A stretch of DNA of 64,000 nucleotides, from positions 1 to 64,000 of the forward strand of contig JALJEE010000525.1 in assembly GCA_023231475.1 (NCBI GenBank). Direction: 5' to 3'. Each line of letters begins with the position of its first letter. The stretch's first letter is position 1. The notes under the pieces were generated by a model. That model did not search any database. It had not been told where the DNA came from and was given only the letters and a program-made list of their open reading frames with translations. Origin of the DNA: Seison nebaliae. Its lineage: Eukaryota. Below, in pieces: positions 26,141-39,495 of this stretch. A program made the translations under genes and the position numbers.

Positions 26141-29100
26141 TTATTTTTTACCAAAACTCACTTTCGTCAAATGACTTCGAGCTGTTGAAATTCTGATATA
26201 ATCTGTTTGTTTCGACGATGTCGTTAATCGGGAACGACTACTTTGTTTCGATGTGCTACTTCGACTATACAGATTCTCCCGACTCTTCTCACGTTCGTTA
26301 AGAATTCTTAATCGACTTCGATTACATTTCTCTCGCACCCACAAGAAGTTGGTGATGATATCTTTCTTTTCTAAATTCTGATTGACAATTAATCGTTTGA
26401 TCGATGTTCTATTAAGAGGAAGAGCACTTTGTGCCCGTTTCATACGTTCTCGATCATTCAAATGGTTCGAACTAAAATAAAAAGAAATGAAGAAATGAGG
26501 GAAAAATATGAAAATATCGAACTGTTCGTCAATTGATGGAAAGCCTAATTGTCGATAAGAATCATAAGAAACGATAAATTCTTTCGAAATTCGAGGAGAG
26601 GAAGGAAGATAATGAAATAATAAATCGAACAAAGTCGGTTCTCGACGGAAGATCGATAAGATGGTTCGAAGGGCTGTTGAATTGAATGTGAGTAGACCGA
26701 GTGCGATACAAACATATTTCTTCACTTCGATATCCAACGATTTGTTAATCTCTCTCAACATGTCATTGATACTCGAATTTTGTTTCAATAAAAACTTCTC
26801 ATAAAAATCGAATTGAACATTCTTATTTTTCGATGACCAATTGATGATATTTAATTTGTTATAATGAAATCCATTTAAATTGCGTAGGAGTTCGATCAAC
26901 GGATTTAAACTCTCCAAAGTAATGATACTGTCCGTCAAACCGGATCTCGTGTGACTGAGTATTGCTAAATAATTGGTGACTTGGATGAAAATATAATCTC
27001 GTAATTTTCCCAACGTTATTCCTTCGTACGTACAAATACTCAACGTCACCGGATGAATTAGCCAATGGCCGAAATTGTCCAAATCTAAATATTGCACCAA
27101 CTTTATTAGAGACATCGCCGTCACTTCGATCTTTCCAATATCGATGAATAAATCAGATAAAATTACAGACTAAAAAGAAATTTTTGAATTTAAAATTTTT
27201 TAATTTTTTAATTTTTTAATTAGAAGAAAAAGAATCGAACTTGGAATGCGGCGGATGATTCGAAGAATGGATTGTTGATTTCATTCTTGAAAATGAATCG
27301 CTCGTACCAAGGAAAGAAGGAAAATATTCGTTCATAAAATCCGTTCTTTTTTATAAATGATTTTAATAATTTGAAATTTTGACTGGAATTGTAAATATAC
27401 ATCGCCACTGCATGACCACTCTCCAAAAGAGTTAAATCGATATTCTCTATATTTTTTATATTCTCCAACGCTCTCTCATTATACAGTTGTTGAATCGCCG
27501 AATTATATTGACGGATATTCTCAGGAATTTTGGATGTTAATGTCATTTGTTTTCCGTCACGAAATAATTCTACAAAAAACATTAATGATAATTAATAGAA
27601 AGAAATTAATGACCTTCATAATCCGAATTTAAATTAATTAATTCGTCAACACTCTCTCCGTTTTCTTTCAAAAAATTTTGGGAACTTTCTAAAATTTTAC
27701 TAATATATTCCGACGGTAAGAGAATATTATCAGCATTGGCATTGGAATTATCTTGCAATAAATTACTCAACGTTTTCAAAGATTCAATCTGAAGAGAAAA
27801 ATTAAAAAAAAAATATGAAAAAGTTTTGAAAATTTTCAAAAATGTTTCACTTGTATTTCGAGGGATGGCGTTTTCTCCAGAATTCCGATCAATAATTTAT
27901 CTGCGTCATGTTCAATTAAAGTCGATTGGACGATATTATTGGCTGTTTGTGCTAAACCGATGCAGAGACATGCGACTAATTTAATGACAACTAAACAGAC
28001 TTTATCATCATTTATTGTACTGGAAGGTGCGGTTGCATCATTATCCAATGAATCATCATGATCCATAGTCATGTTTGAGTATTGGGAGAGATGTGTCGAT
28101 TTGCTATTATGTCTCTGTCGTTTATATCTCGATAATTGACATTGGTAGACAGCTCTTAATAATCGAATAACTGGATCTAATCCTCTTCCGCATTTTATTT
28201 TCTTTTGAAATTCCATTTCCATCGAACAATCATTATTATTCTCTTTCATTTTCTCTTGTAAAACAACATAAGCTAAAGATGGCGAGGAGATTTCATTTCT
28301 TATCGAATCAATTTCATCATGTCCATTATTATCATCGAACGAATTCTCTTTTTGATTAACGATCACTAAATTCTGAATGGTTTCGTTTTGGTAAGTGATG
28401 GACATGATGGCACAACAACCGATGTATTGTAGCACACACGAATCGGAGAGTAACATTCCGTAGATCTGATGGAGACCCAAATGTCGAGCAATTCGTCTTT
28501 GTTGGTTTATGTCTCGCCCACTCACTATCCACAACGACAATGCACATTGTTCACGAATTCTCGTTGCCCAAACTGCATTGGCACGATGCTTAATGGAAAT
28601 GATAAAAGATTAATCATAATTTTTACTTTCTGTATGAAACTAAATTTAAATGAAATTTCGCTCAAGAAAATATTAGCAATCAATAATTTTTAGCGGAACT
28701 AAATTGATCGAATCAAAATTAATCAGCGGGGATGAAATTTAGCGTACATTAAATCATCTCAGATACCTGAAATTGTCTTCCGACTGACGTTTCATTAGAA
28801 ATATTCTTAATACAATCGAATTGTTAACAGCAAAATTAGAAGTTTTGTTTAGATCATCAAAAAAACAGAAATAAATTTAAATTTGTTCAAAAATTTGTTT
28901 TCATGCACAAAGTATTAAAGAATTTAAACTCACCATTAGAAAAGAATGTGAAAGAAAAGGAGAAAATAATTTTTTTTTCAGGGGAATATTTGAAGAAAGA
29001 TGAGAGAATTTAAAGAGAAATAAAATAAAATTTAACTTCCAATAATTTCATCATGATCTTCTCACAATTTAATTCTGAGAGAATTTTTTGATTTTTCGGA

Positions 29101-32100
29101 TTATTTATCGCTAAATCTTTAAGTAATTTTATTCCTGTCCGTTTCCAAGAATAAGAAAACATCATTTTAATCAAGTAGATGAACCTCTCATTTGTACTGT
29201 AATGTTTGATGATTTTTTTATGACATGTATAATTGTACTTAACGAATTCATTTCCACTATTCTCGTTTGATTTTTCGGATGTGGTCCAATACAGACTGAA
29301 GAGAGTGCACCTAATGCAGCTGCTTGTAATAATTCTTTGGAAGAGAATTGATAAGAATTTTGAATAGAAATGAACCTGATTTCAATTTAAGGAATTTAAT
29401 GAGTGATGAAATAATGATTTCACAATCCGCTATCTCCGATCTGAGAATACAAATATTTACCGTTTTACCACTCATCATCGTTTTTGCTTTGGAGAGTGAA
29501 AACTTTCTGATTTTTTCGTTGAATTTGATGATTTCACTATCGATAAAGAACTGATAAGCTCCATCCGACATTCCAAGAACTGCAACGTCCCCAGGTGTAA
29601 ATTTAATGAAGGGATAATAAATATTGAGAAGATTTTCCGATTTGAATTGCCGTCGAATTAACTCGTCAGGATCGCCGTCGTTACAGATAGATGTTATCAG
29701 ATTGCAGGTATTCACCAGAACATCCTCAAAAGAAGAGTAGAATAATTCAGATATTATTTGAACTATTCCTTCCTCATACAGTTCGGAGAGATAATGTTTC
29801 TCTTGAATCAAATCTCCAATAATAATCAATAAACTGGTACAAATATCGGATGTTATCCGATCTAAAGTACATACATGTCTCAACACTGTATCGTCCACTT
29901 TTAGGCTTCTTCTCTCTTCATCATTATTATCTTCTTCTGATGATGATGATTCTTCGTCATCCATCGAATCCGTCTCATTCTCCTTAAGGAAGTTCTTTAA
30001 AATCCCTTTAAACTCCCTCAATGATTTCTGGATTGTTCTCGTCCAGTTTCCTTTTCTTTTCTCATTTTTCACTATGAAAATATTGAGAATTCTTATAAAG
30101 AATTGGAAGTAATTTTTATGGACCATATATTTCTTCACTTCTTCATTATTCGATAAATTACAGATGATTGCTAAGGCGATTGCACAAATATGTTTCTCCT
30201 CATTGATCGTTGATAATCGAACGAGTTCAATCAAAATTTCAATACCATCATTCGAGATAATTTCCCGCCAATATCTTCCATCAGCATTAGTCATCGCTAA
30301 TAAAGTTTGAACAGTTGAACGAACGTTATTATTCAATCCATCCGTTTTTAACAAGTCTAAAATCATCCTCCATATACTCAACTCATTTCCATCATCATTA
30401 CCATCATCATTTTGAACTGAGACAGCCGAACATAGAATATTTCGATCATATTGATTAGAATTCTCATACTTTAAGAAAAGCATTACCATATTAGCATGAG
30501 TCGATATGGTGGCTAATTCTATGGCATTCATGCCGATACGTCCATCATCTTCTATTTCGTTATCAGTTGGTATGAACGATTTGGAGGTAGTTATCGAATT
30601 TTCAATTTCAACGGTATATCGAAATTTCTTTTCTCTCAGTAACAATTTCGCACCAAATTCATATAATAAACATTTCGCCGCTTCTAACGAGCCACTAATA
30701 GCAGCTAAATGTAACGGTGTAGACGAATATGAATTATTTGTCAGACTATTAACTCTCTCGAAATTTCCTTCAGTTTTCGCTGATCGTAAAAGCAATCGGA
30801 TTATGGGAACGGCATCTCGTTGTGCCGCATGATGTAAGGGAAGCCAACCCCGATCGTCGTGTTGTTGAGAATCGCCTCCGAACATCAGAAGTGCCTGCAT
30901 TGAATTCAACGAATTACATCTCGCCGCTAAATGCAACGAAGATGCACCAGTGATTCGTTGAGAATGTTTCCGATATTCCATCTTACTCAACTTCTCATCG
31001 ATGATTGTAGATTCTTTAAAGTAAGCGAAATTGTTGGAGACACAAGGTGAACTCTTCAACCCGATATTGACACAATTGGTACTGAAATCAATCTTATTCT
31101 TATCGGCCATACCATTTGATGATTTAATTAGTAGATCAGTGAGAATGAAAGGGCGATCGAATATGGCAGAGTAGTGAGTATAAGACAATCCAAATTCGTC
31201 AGTTTTCGACAATTTCGATTGAGGCACTTTCTTCACACACGATTTCAGTACAGCAGTCAATCCTTTTTCACTAGCCGCTTTTATTGCGAGTAACATATTC
31301 TTATATTTGGTGGCTTGTTTCGAACCTACAATCAATTTATATAAATCATAAACATTAATATCAGTCATCGGTAATTTCTTCAGTTTTAACGGAACGATCT
31401 CATTCAACAATTTCTTGTACCAGATCATCGAATAATTATATTGTGCCATACTTGTCACATTGAATTTCATGAGAAAATATCTAAAAATTTCAAATATTTC
31501 ATTAGATATCTCTCTTAATCCATTTCAATACTAACTTCTTTCTGTTGTAAACGGTTTGGTAACATGGGAAATTCTCTCGAACTTGGAACGATTCGGCATG
31601 TCGATAAGAATCCATCAATCGATCCACATTATCAGATGCATCGTCAAAATCGAAATAGACGTCACATCGTTCCACCACTGGTGTCTCTACCTCGATATTG
31701 AGGATTCCTTGTAATGTCTGAATTGAACGATGATAATCGATCATCGTATTTTTCAAATTCTCAATTCCAAATATTGGGGGGAATTGTCTCTCACTCTTAA
31801 TATCCTCATCTTTTAAAAAGAAATCATTTTCATTAAACTGACAATCATCTAACTAGACAATAATGGAAGAAGATGAGTGAGATCGGGAATCTTTTCGTAC
31901 CGTTTCAACGATATCAACAGTGGAGTCATTATGGAGAGAAGATTCAATATTTGCAAATGCTTCTTAATAACTGGACATTTCCGCAAAGATTTCCTAACAC
32001 ATCGTTCCACATTCGTTAATCGTTTCTTCAAGCGATTATAAGTCACCAAATCTAAACTAGAAAATCATCGAACAAATTCAAATTCAAAATTGAAAAGAAG

Positions 32101-33119
32101 AAAAACTCAAATATTTTAAACGACGAGACAACATCATAATCGAGAGGAGAACAAATGAAAGCATTCTTATTCTGTTCGATTGCTTCTTTATTATAAATGG
32201 TCAAAGTTGGAATAATACTATTCAAATAAATCATCAAATATTTCTTCTCCTGAATATCATATTCTTCTTCCGTCGTATCGATAAATGCCTCCAATGATGC
32301 CGGATTCTTTGTACCTAATTCTTCGTCTTCCGTTTGGTTTTTAACGGCTTTCTGATAAATGGACGACGGAACACGACCTTGTTCTCTGGTAATCAGATCA
32401 TGATAAATTTCATTAATTCCGTCAAATTCCGTCACATCCTTCAATCCTGCTAATTTGAATTCGTTCAATAAATCTTCCGACGACATTTGTGTATATTCTA
32501 ATGTTCGCCATCTTTCCGTAAATTTTAGTCGATCACTTCGTTTGAATCCGCAACCATACCATAAAGCATCGAACCAATAAAGTGTTTCTGAGAGAATTCG
32601 ACCGATTCTCGTATCGATGTAACATGGTGGCAGATTGACAGATGTTGTATCATTATAATTTCGTTCTAAAGAAATATTAGGCGTTTGATTAAATAGATAA
32701 ATTCCGATAGTTAATTCTCTGAGAATCTGATGGAATTCGATGGCATCGATATTATCCGTTAATGAATTCATCTCATCAACCGGTACCATTATCATTAGAT
32801 AATCATTATCAAAACCATGAATTCCGTCAATAATTCCTGATGGTGTATGAGCGCTGTCCCTCAATCCACCAAACATTTCACTTTGACTACTTAAATTGGT
32901 GGTTGTTGATCTGGCCGATCGTCGTTGTTCACTTCTCGTCGTCATCTCTTCCTCTTCATTCGTTTTTGCGACTAACGTCGACAAATTCGTTATATACCAA
33001 TGATGTCCATGTAATGCGAGTAATTCTTGCAATTCGTAACGTTCATATTTATCTAAATAATTCGAAATATATTGATCCAATTCACTTCCATCGAATTGCG
33101 GTTTCTCATCTTCCTCCAT
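26141..33119 (-). CDS. ANKAR: Ankyrin and armadillo repeat-containing protein, about 11 exons
   Basis: GIYLFNQTPNISLERNY...LPPCYIDTRIGRIL resembles the ANKAR N-terminus. Ankyrin repeats (SLHLAA, GWLPLHHAA, TPLHLAA) are followed by ARM repeats. Confidence 0.88.
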
Positions 33120-33296
33120 TTTCTCCCGTCCCTATTTCCTGGAAATGACTTGTTCGTTTTTGACAATACTTTCATTTCCATGGCAATTGACAATTAGAAC
33201 AGGACAAAAAAAAGTCAATCACAATTTTTCTTTTTGTTGATTCTTTCAAATTTCCAACAATAACAGTCATTTCAAGATACTTTTATTTCCGTCAAA

Positions 33297-33973
33297 ATGG
33301 AGAAAAATGGACATAATCAATTGGATCACGAGTTACTTCAATCCATAAGGAAATATAAGAACTTTCCGAAGGATCATGTCGATTTCATGTTCGCCAACCT
33401 TTTCTCCCAATTATCATTTGTTTCAGTGACATATTTCCCATCTTCCATTCACCAACTCTCGTCGACCATGTCATCCAAAAAATGACGTCGATTATTCGAA
33501 ATAAATATCCTGATGTAACAGCAATAGTTTGCTTGGATAGTCGAGGTTTCTTATTCGGTCCGATGCTCTCCTCAGAACTCAAATGTAAAATGGTCCCGAT
33601 TAGAAAAAAAGGAAAACTACCAATGGAATGTCACTCTATTTCTTATCACTACGAATACGGATCTGTTACTCTTCTTCAGCATTCTTCTACATTCTCATAT
33701 TTTTATAGGGAGATTTGGAAATGCCAAAAAATGTATTAACGAATAACGAGAAAGTAGTTGTAGTTGATGATGTTCTAGCCACTGGAGGTACGTATTTATC
33801 TTTCCCTATCAATAACTATACATATAAAATTCATAGGAACTTTACGAGCAGCAGATGAATTATTAAAAAAGGCAAATTATTCGTTACTTGGCAATCTGGT
33901 TCTCTTTGAAATTAATACATTGAATGGTCGAAAGAATTTGGAAAGCGATACAATATCTTTATTCTGTTTGTAA
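33297..33973 (+). CDS. APRT: Adenine phosphoribosyltransferase, 4 exons
   Basis: IRKYKNFPK..VDFIDIFPIF, LDSRGFLFGP, IRKKGKLP, YEYG, and the PRPP motif VVVVDDVLATGGT. Introns are 38, 44 and 49 nt. Confidence 0.95.
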
Positions 33974-35259
33974 AAATTAATTTCCGATATCCATTTATAA
34001 TTATTCGTTTCAATTACTCTTTTATTCTCCATTGAATTCTATTGATGGAATAAAAAAGAATCCTAGTAATTGATCAAAGCATGAAATCTAGTCTGAATAT
34101 TAATCAACTGACAACTAAAATATCTAAAAATTTTGGAAAATTTGTCTTTCTAAAAAATGAACGATGTACAATTCGGAGACCATTTTCAATGGGTATGAAG
34201 ATTAAGTGGTAGAAAATATTTCAGTTTTTTTAGCTCGCTAATTTTTTAAAGAAATGCTAGAAAGAATGATCGGATACTTTTGATCATTATCGAAATTGTC
34301 ATTGAAATTTCAACAATAATATTGTCGAACAGAAGTATGATACATATACAAACTGAACACATCAGATTTGGATCAGTGAAAAAAAACAGAAGCAATTAAA
34401 AGTTGAATTTGTTGAAAAAAAGGAAAAAAAATTGAATTTCTTTTCTAAAATTTTTGGAAATAATATTTAATTTTTTAAAATGAAATTAAATTGATTTGAA
34501 AGACTATAAAATTCTCTACGCATTGTAGTAGAAATAATATTTTTGCCTGCATCAATGTGGTTCTTGAGTGAATCAGGCACATAGGAAATTATATTGAAAT
34601 TCGTTGTTTAGTTTGGTATCTAAATTCAGTACTAACAGTAGCTAGTAAGTAAGTACCTATTTGATCGTTTATGAACTATGAATTGTTTACCTATTGTTCT
34701 CGAACTAAAAAGTACTTAAGGTATCAAACTGTTGAATTCGGCGTTGAGATTTTTAGATCAATTATTTTTTGAAAGTATTATTCATCGGAACAGATGTTAG
34801 ACTATTGTCCACTAAATGTGAAATCTACATGAGCAACTCAAGTTTTATTAGATAGAGAAAAAATTATTTCATCTCGACCTCAAACATTAAAATGGAGTGA
34901 ATATTTAATTTTAAACCGAATTTAGCTGTAAAATCTAAGAAAGCTGCTGAATTTGAAAGATTCGTCAATTTCATTCATCGATAAACTTCATTGAATTGGT
35001 ATTTATAATTGAGGAGAGATAAGTCAAGTAAAAAAAGGAAATTTATTGAAATAAAAATACAAAAATATTGCTAACAAAATATCAAATAATAATTTTCTTT
35101 CTTTTCTCTATCGACTTACCAGAGTTTTCCTTTTCGAATATTAAGTTCATCCTAATGAAATATTTCCGATTAATTTTCAAAGAAGATTTGTTTATCAATC
35201 TTCGAAAACTTGAATAAATGAATGAAAGATCTTGTGTTGTGTGAGATGATTTGAAGGAA

Positions 35260-38200
35260 ATGGTGAAACAAATTTCAGCACATGCTTTTCATCCCATCTA
35301 TCTGATATCGGGAGAGTTTATTCATTTCTTATTCGACTTCTTATTATCATCAATTCAGTCATGAAATCTTCGTTTCCATCAATAATGATCAACTGATATC
35401 GATATCGATGAATAGTATCCCATTTGGTAACAAGAGACATCAAATTAAGACGTTCGCCAAATTCTCTTCACTTCTCCCAACTGACTCTAATTACGAACGA
35501 GCAAATCAATTCATATTTTCAGTTTTAAAATTCTTCATTCAAATTCTCATTCTTTCCAGTCGGATAGACGAACTGCTTATTTAGCTGAGATATTGAATGA
35601 TGGTCGAATTGGGATAGGCAAGAATAATATTCTTTTACCTTTCGCTCAGAAATTTCTGTTAATATTTTTCTTAAAATTTTCTCCTAAGAATTTCTTTATT
35701 TTAAAGTGATTTGAATTGGAGCGATATCGATCCCATATTTCTTACATGTCACCTCCACAATGAATGGTGTTGTTGGGATATTCGGTTTGCAATTCCGATT
35801 ATCGTTCCTAATACTCTTTTCTAATTTCCATTTTCCAAAAAAGAATGAAATTATCAAGAAATGATCAATTCTCCGTTCCATGTTCCCAACATGCTAGTTC
35901 GAATTTTTCTCTGAAAACTCTTTTACGGAATTTTTTCTTCTAAAATTTTTCTTAAAATTTTTTTTTAAATTTTTTTCTGAAAATTTTTGTTAAAACTTTT
36001 TTTCTGAAAATTTTTGTTAAAATTTTTTTTCTGAGAATTTTTTTTAAATTTTTTTTCTGAAAATTTTTGTTAAAATTTTTTTTCTGAAAATTTTTTTGAA
36101 AATTTTTTCTTTGAAAATTTATTCAAAATTTTTTTTCTGAAAATTTTTGTTAAAATTGTTTTTCTGAAAATTTTTGTTAAACACTTTTTTCTGAAAATTT
36201 TTGTTAAAATTTTTTTTCTCAAAATATTTTATAAATTTTTTTTTTTTAATTTTTTTATAAATTTTCCTCTTTTTAGTTCCGATTGAAACAATTCAATTTT
36301 TACCGAATAGTTCTCATCGAATTCTTACCACATCATCGTCAATCGCCTCAATTTTTGATTTGAGAGTTTTTTTTTAATTATTTTTTTCATTTTCCAATTT
36401 TTTAGTACTCCAAATCGTTCTTGTTCTCCGAACCGTTACACAATTCAGCGATAACATCATATGGAATTAATCAGAAACATGATCTAATTACAGCAGATGA
36501 ATCGGGTGAATTGAAACGGTGGAGAATCAACGAGAATCTTGTAGATCCGATATTCGAATTGAAAGGAGAATTGAATTTCCCAAACGAATTCGTGAATGGA
36601 ATTGAATTTCTGGAAAATAATTTTTTTTCTGAATATCCCGAACGATATGTTGTATCATCATTTCCGTTCAATGATATTCCTTCCACTCACAGTCAGAAGA
36701 ATCTAATGACGGATTGGATGAATGAACATCTGCGAAATTATTATCGTGATCGAAAATATCGACGAATTCATCGATCGATATATCCAGATAATTGTCAATT
36801 CCATTTGAAGCAGAATGATGGTGGAAATCGGATGAAATCATCATCAAATAAATTAGAAAAGGAACAAAAAATCCGTTTGATGGATTTCCACAATGTTACA
36901 GGAATATTCGAATCGAAACCGTTTTTTGATGATTTCTGTTTTAATAATACATTACGAGCAATGGAATATGAGAACGATGATGGAATCCTTCCAAATCAAT
37001 TACCAATTATCAATTTAGTAGATGGAAATAAATTTCATCAATTGAATTGTCCGAAATATCTCTTGAGGGATTTATACCGTCAAAACGGTTTGATGATCGA
37101 TCGAGAATTTGTGTTGGGTGACGAAGAATCGAATGATCTGTTAAATTCATCGATAGACGTATCGGATAATTCGGAAGAATTTATTCACAAACTCAATTTT
37201 CAGTCACCAACAGATTCTTATAAATATGATACGAATTCCACCAATTCCGTTTCATATAATCGGAAGAATAATGAAAAAAAATTGAATTTAAAAGTGGAAA
37301 TTTCGATAAAAGAGAATTTTATCAATTTCTTCTTAATTAATCATCAAGATGGTGGACGAGAATTGATTTTAAAATTGAGTCATTTCCCGTTAAAAGAAGA
37401 TATCGATTATGAATCAAATTCGGAATATTTATGGAAACCATTATTTTGTCAAGATCGTAAATATTTATTTATTACGAAAAATAATTCAAATTGGATGAGA
37501 TCACTAATTTTGTTAGTGAGGAAACAAATAAATTATTTTCATACAACTCAAGAGATTGTGGATTTGGTGGGAGAGATGATTTATCATAAACGGAATAAAT
37601 TGAATTGTTTGAGAATGGAATCGAAAAGAAAAATGAAAAGAGATCCAGGACGATTATGTTCCTGTTTCTTCATTGGAGATAGTTTGTTATTTTTAGCGAA
37701 TAAATTAAACGAAAATAAATATGAAGAAGATGTGACGAATGGTGAAGAGAAATTAGAGAATTGGTATGATAAACAAACGATTTTCTCTTATCCACAATCC
37801 ATCGATTATGGATCATTATCGATGAATAATGATTTGATTGATCATCGAATGAATTGGTTCAAATTTCTCAATGAGAAAGTAAATGAGGAAAATTATTATT
37901 CAAATAATGATGATGATGGAAATGATGAAGGATTGTGGCGAGATTCGCTCGGATTCCATTCTCATCATTTCGATAAAATTCTTTTAGAATTTGATTTCCA
38001 TTTAACTCAACGTTTCCATTTGAGTGCAACAAATAAATGTAAATGGTTCGAAATTCAACCAAATGATATTACGTCTCATGTTCTCATAACGTTATGGAAT
38101 GAATTGAGGAAGAATGATGTTGCAAGATTATCAGATCCGAAGAGATTCCTCCAAAAAGAGATGTACGATTATAATTTGAAATTGATTTATTCACTACCAT

Positions 38201-39288
38201 CATTATCATTAAGAATTTCACCTCGATCCTCTTTCAATTTGTTGACAATGCCATTTATGTTAAATATTTATCGGAATCGATTTGAATTGTCTCGCGAAAG
38301 TTTAACAGAAAATAAAGAAATCTCTTCCATCGAATTATTAGGACGAATTAATTCGAAAGTGGCTTTGAGAGATATCGAAAGTGAATTGTTGGGACATATT
38401 TGGCAACAATTGAAACGATGTGGAGATGTTGAGACACTCGCATTATTTGGTATGAGAGTTTTGTCTTCTTTATCATCCGATTATCTCGAACGATTACTTT
38501 GGTATTATAAACAATTAACATTAATGAAAAATAAAAGATCCAATTCATTATTGGAAGATCTTCATGCGTCGAAAGATGTCTGGGATTCCGCTAACGACGA
38601 TTATGAAGATAATTATTTCAAATTAAGAGACGAAAAATCTATAAACGGATTGAATGATATCGAAGATTTCATCGACGAGAATGTCGTCGAAGCTTTCCAT
38701 AATGCTACGAAAACGGACGAATATCAATCACATTTAATTATCAGTGAACGATATTCATTTTGTGATGTGGAACGAACGTTAAAGATCCTTCAGGATTTCT
38801 TCACCGCCGTCATTCAACTCGATCATTATTGCGAGAATTTCGCCAAGTTACTTTACGGACGGAAAATGTCTTACGAACAAGCACATGTTTTAAGACAAAT
38901 TCGCTTATGGAGATCACCATTCAAAACGAGAAATTCACTCATCCGTATCGCCATTCCCAAATCGATGTTGAGGAATAAACCAATTTGTTCTTATTGTGAT
39001 TTACCGTTATGTGGAGAGATAACGATGTGTTTCAAATGTTGTCATGGAATGCATTTGATGCACATGTTGGAATGGTTATCGATCTGCGATCAAAGTATTG
39101 CCCAATTGGATTGTGGGAAATTGAGAACTATCGATGACATCGTTCAATATGATTCGAATGATGTTAGTCAATGTCGATTTGGTTTAGTGAGGAACATCGG
39201 GAAATTGTATCGTGGAAAGACGATTTATTGTGCGGCCGGTTGCGGTTGTCAATGTACATTTCAATTTTATACAACGAACGAACATTAA
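35260..39288 (+). CDS. WDR59: GATOR2 subunit WDR59/Sea3-like, multi-exon 5' end
   Basis: WD-like DLNWSDIDP...CWDIR, GDVETLALF, and C-terminal RING CSYCDLP...CFKCCHGMHLMHMLEW...CAAGCGCQC. Start codon and 5' exons are approximate. Confidence 0.75.
35930..36240. repeat. About 26 bp AT-rich minisatellite inside a WDR59 intron (35897-36276)
   Basis: Roughly ten degenerate copies of TTTTTTTCTGAAAATTTTTGTTAAAA. Confidence 0.9.
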
Positions 39289-39495
39289 CATCTGATATAG
39301 TTCGTCTTTTTATTGATTTGTGTATAGATTTTATTATTTTCTTAATAAATATTAATAAATTAAATAATTTGTTTATTAAATTTAAATAAATAAATATTTT
39401 CGTTTGTTTATTTTATGGAATGATATGAGATGAAGTCCTATGATGAATAAAGAGGAGAAGGAGAAGAAAAAATAATTAGAATTATTCAAATCCAA

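Noticed and set aside
35930..36240. Repeat array as a possible CRISPR
   Set aside because: Eukaryotic intron with head-to-tail low-complexity units, no unique spacers and no cas genes.
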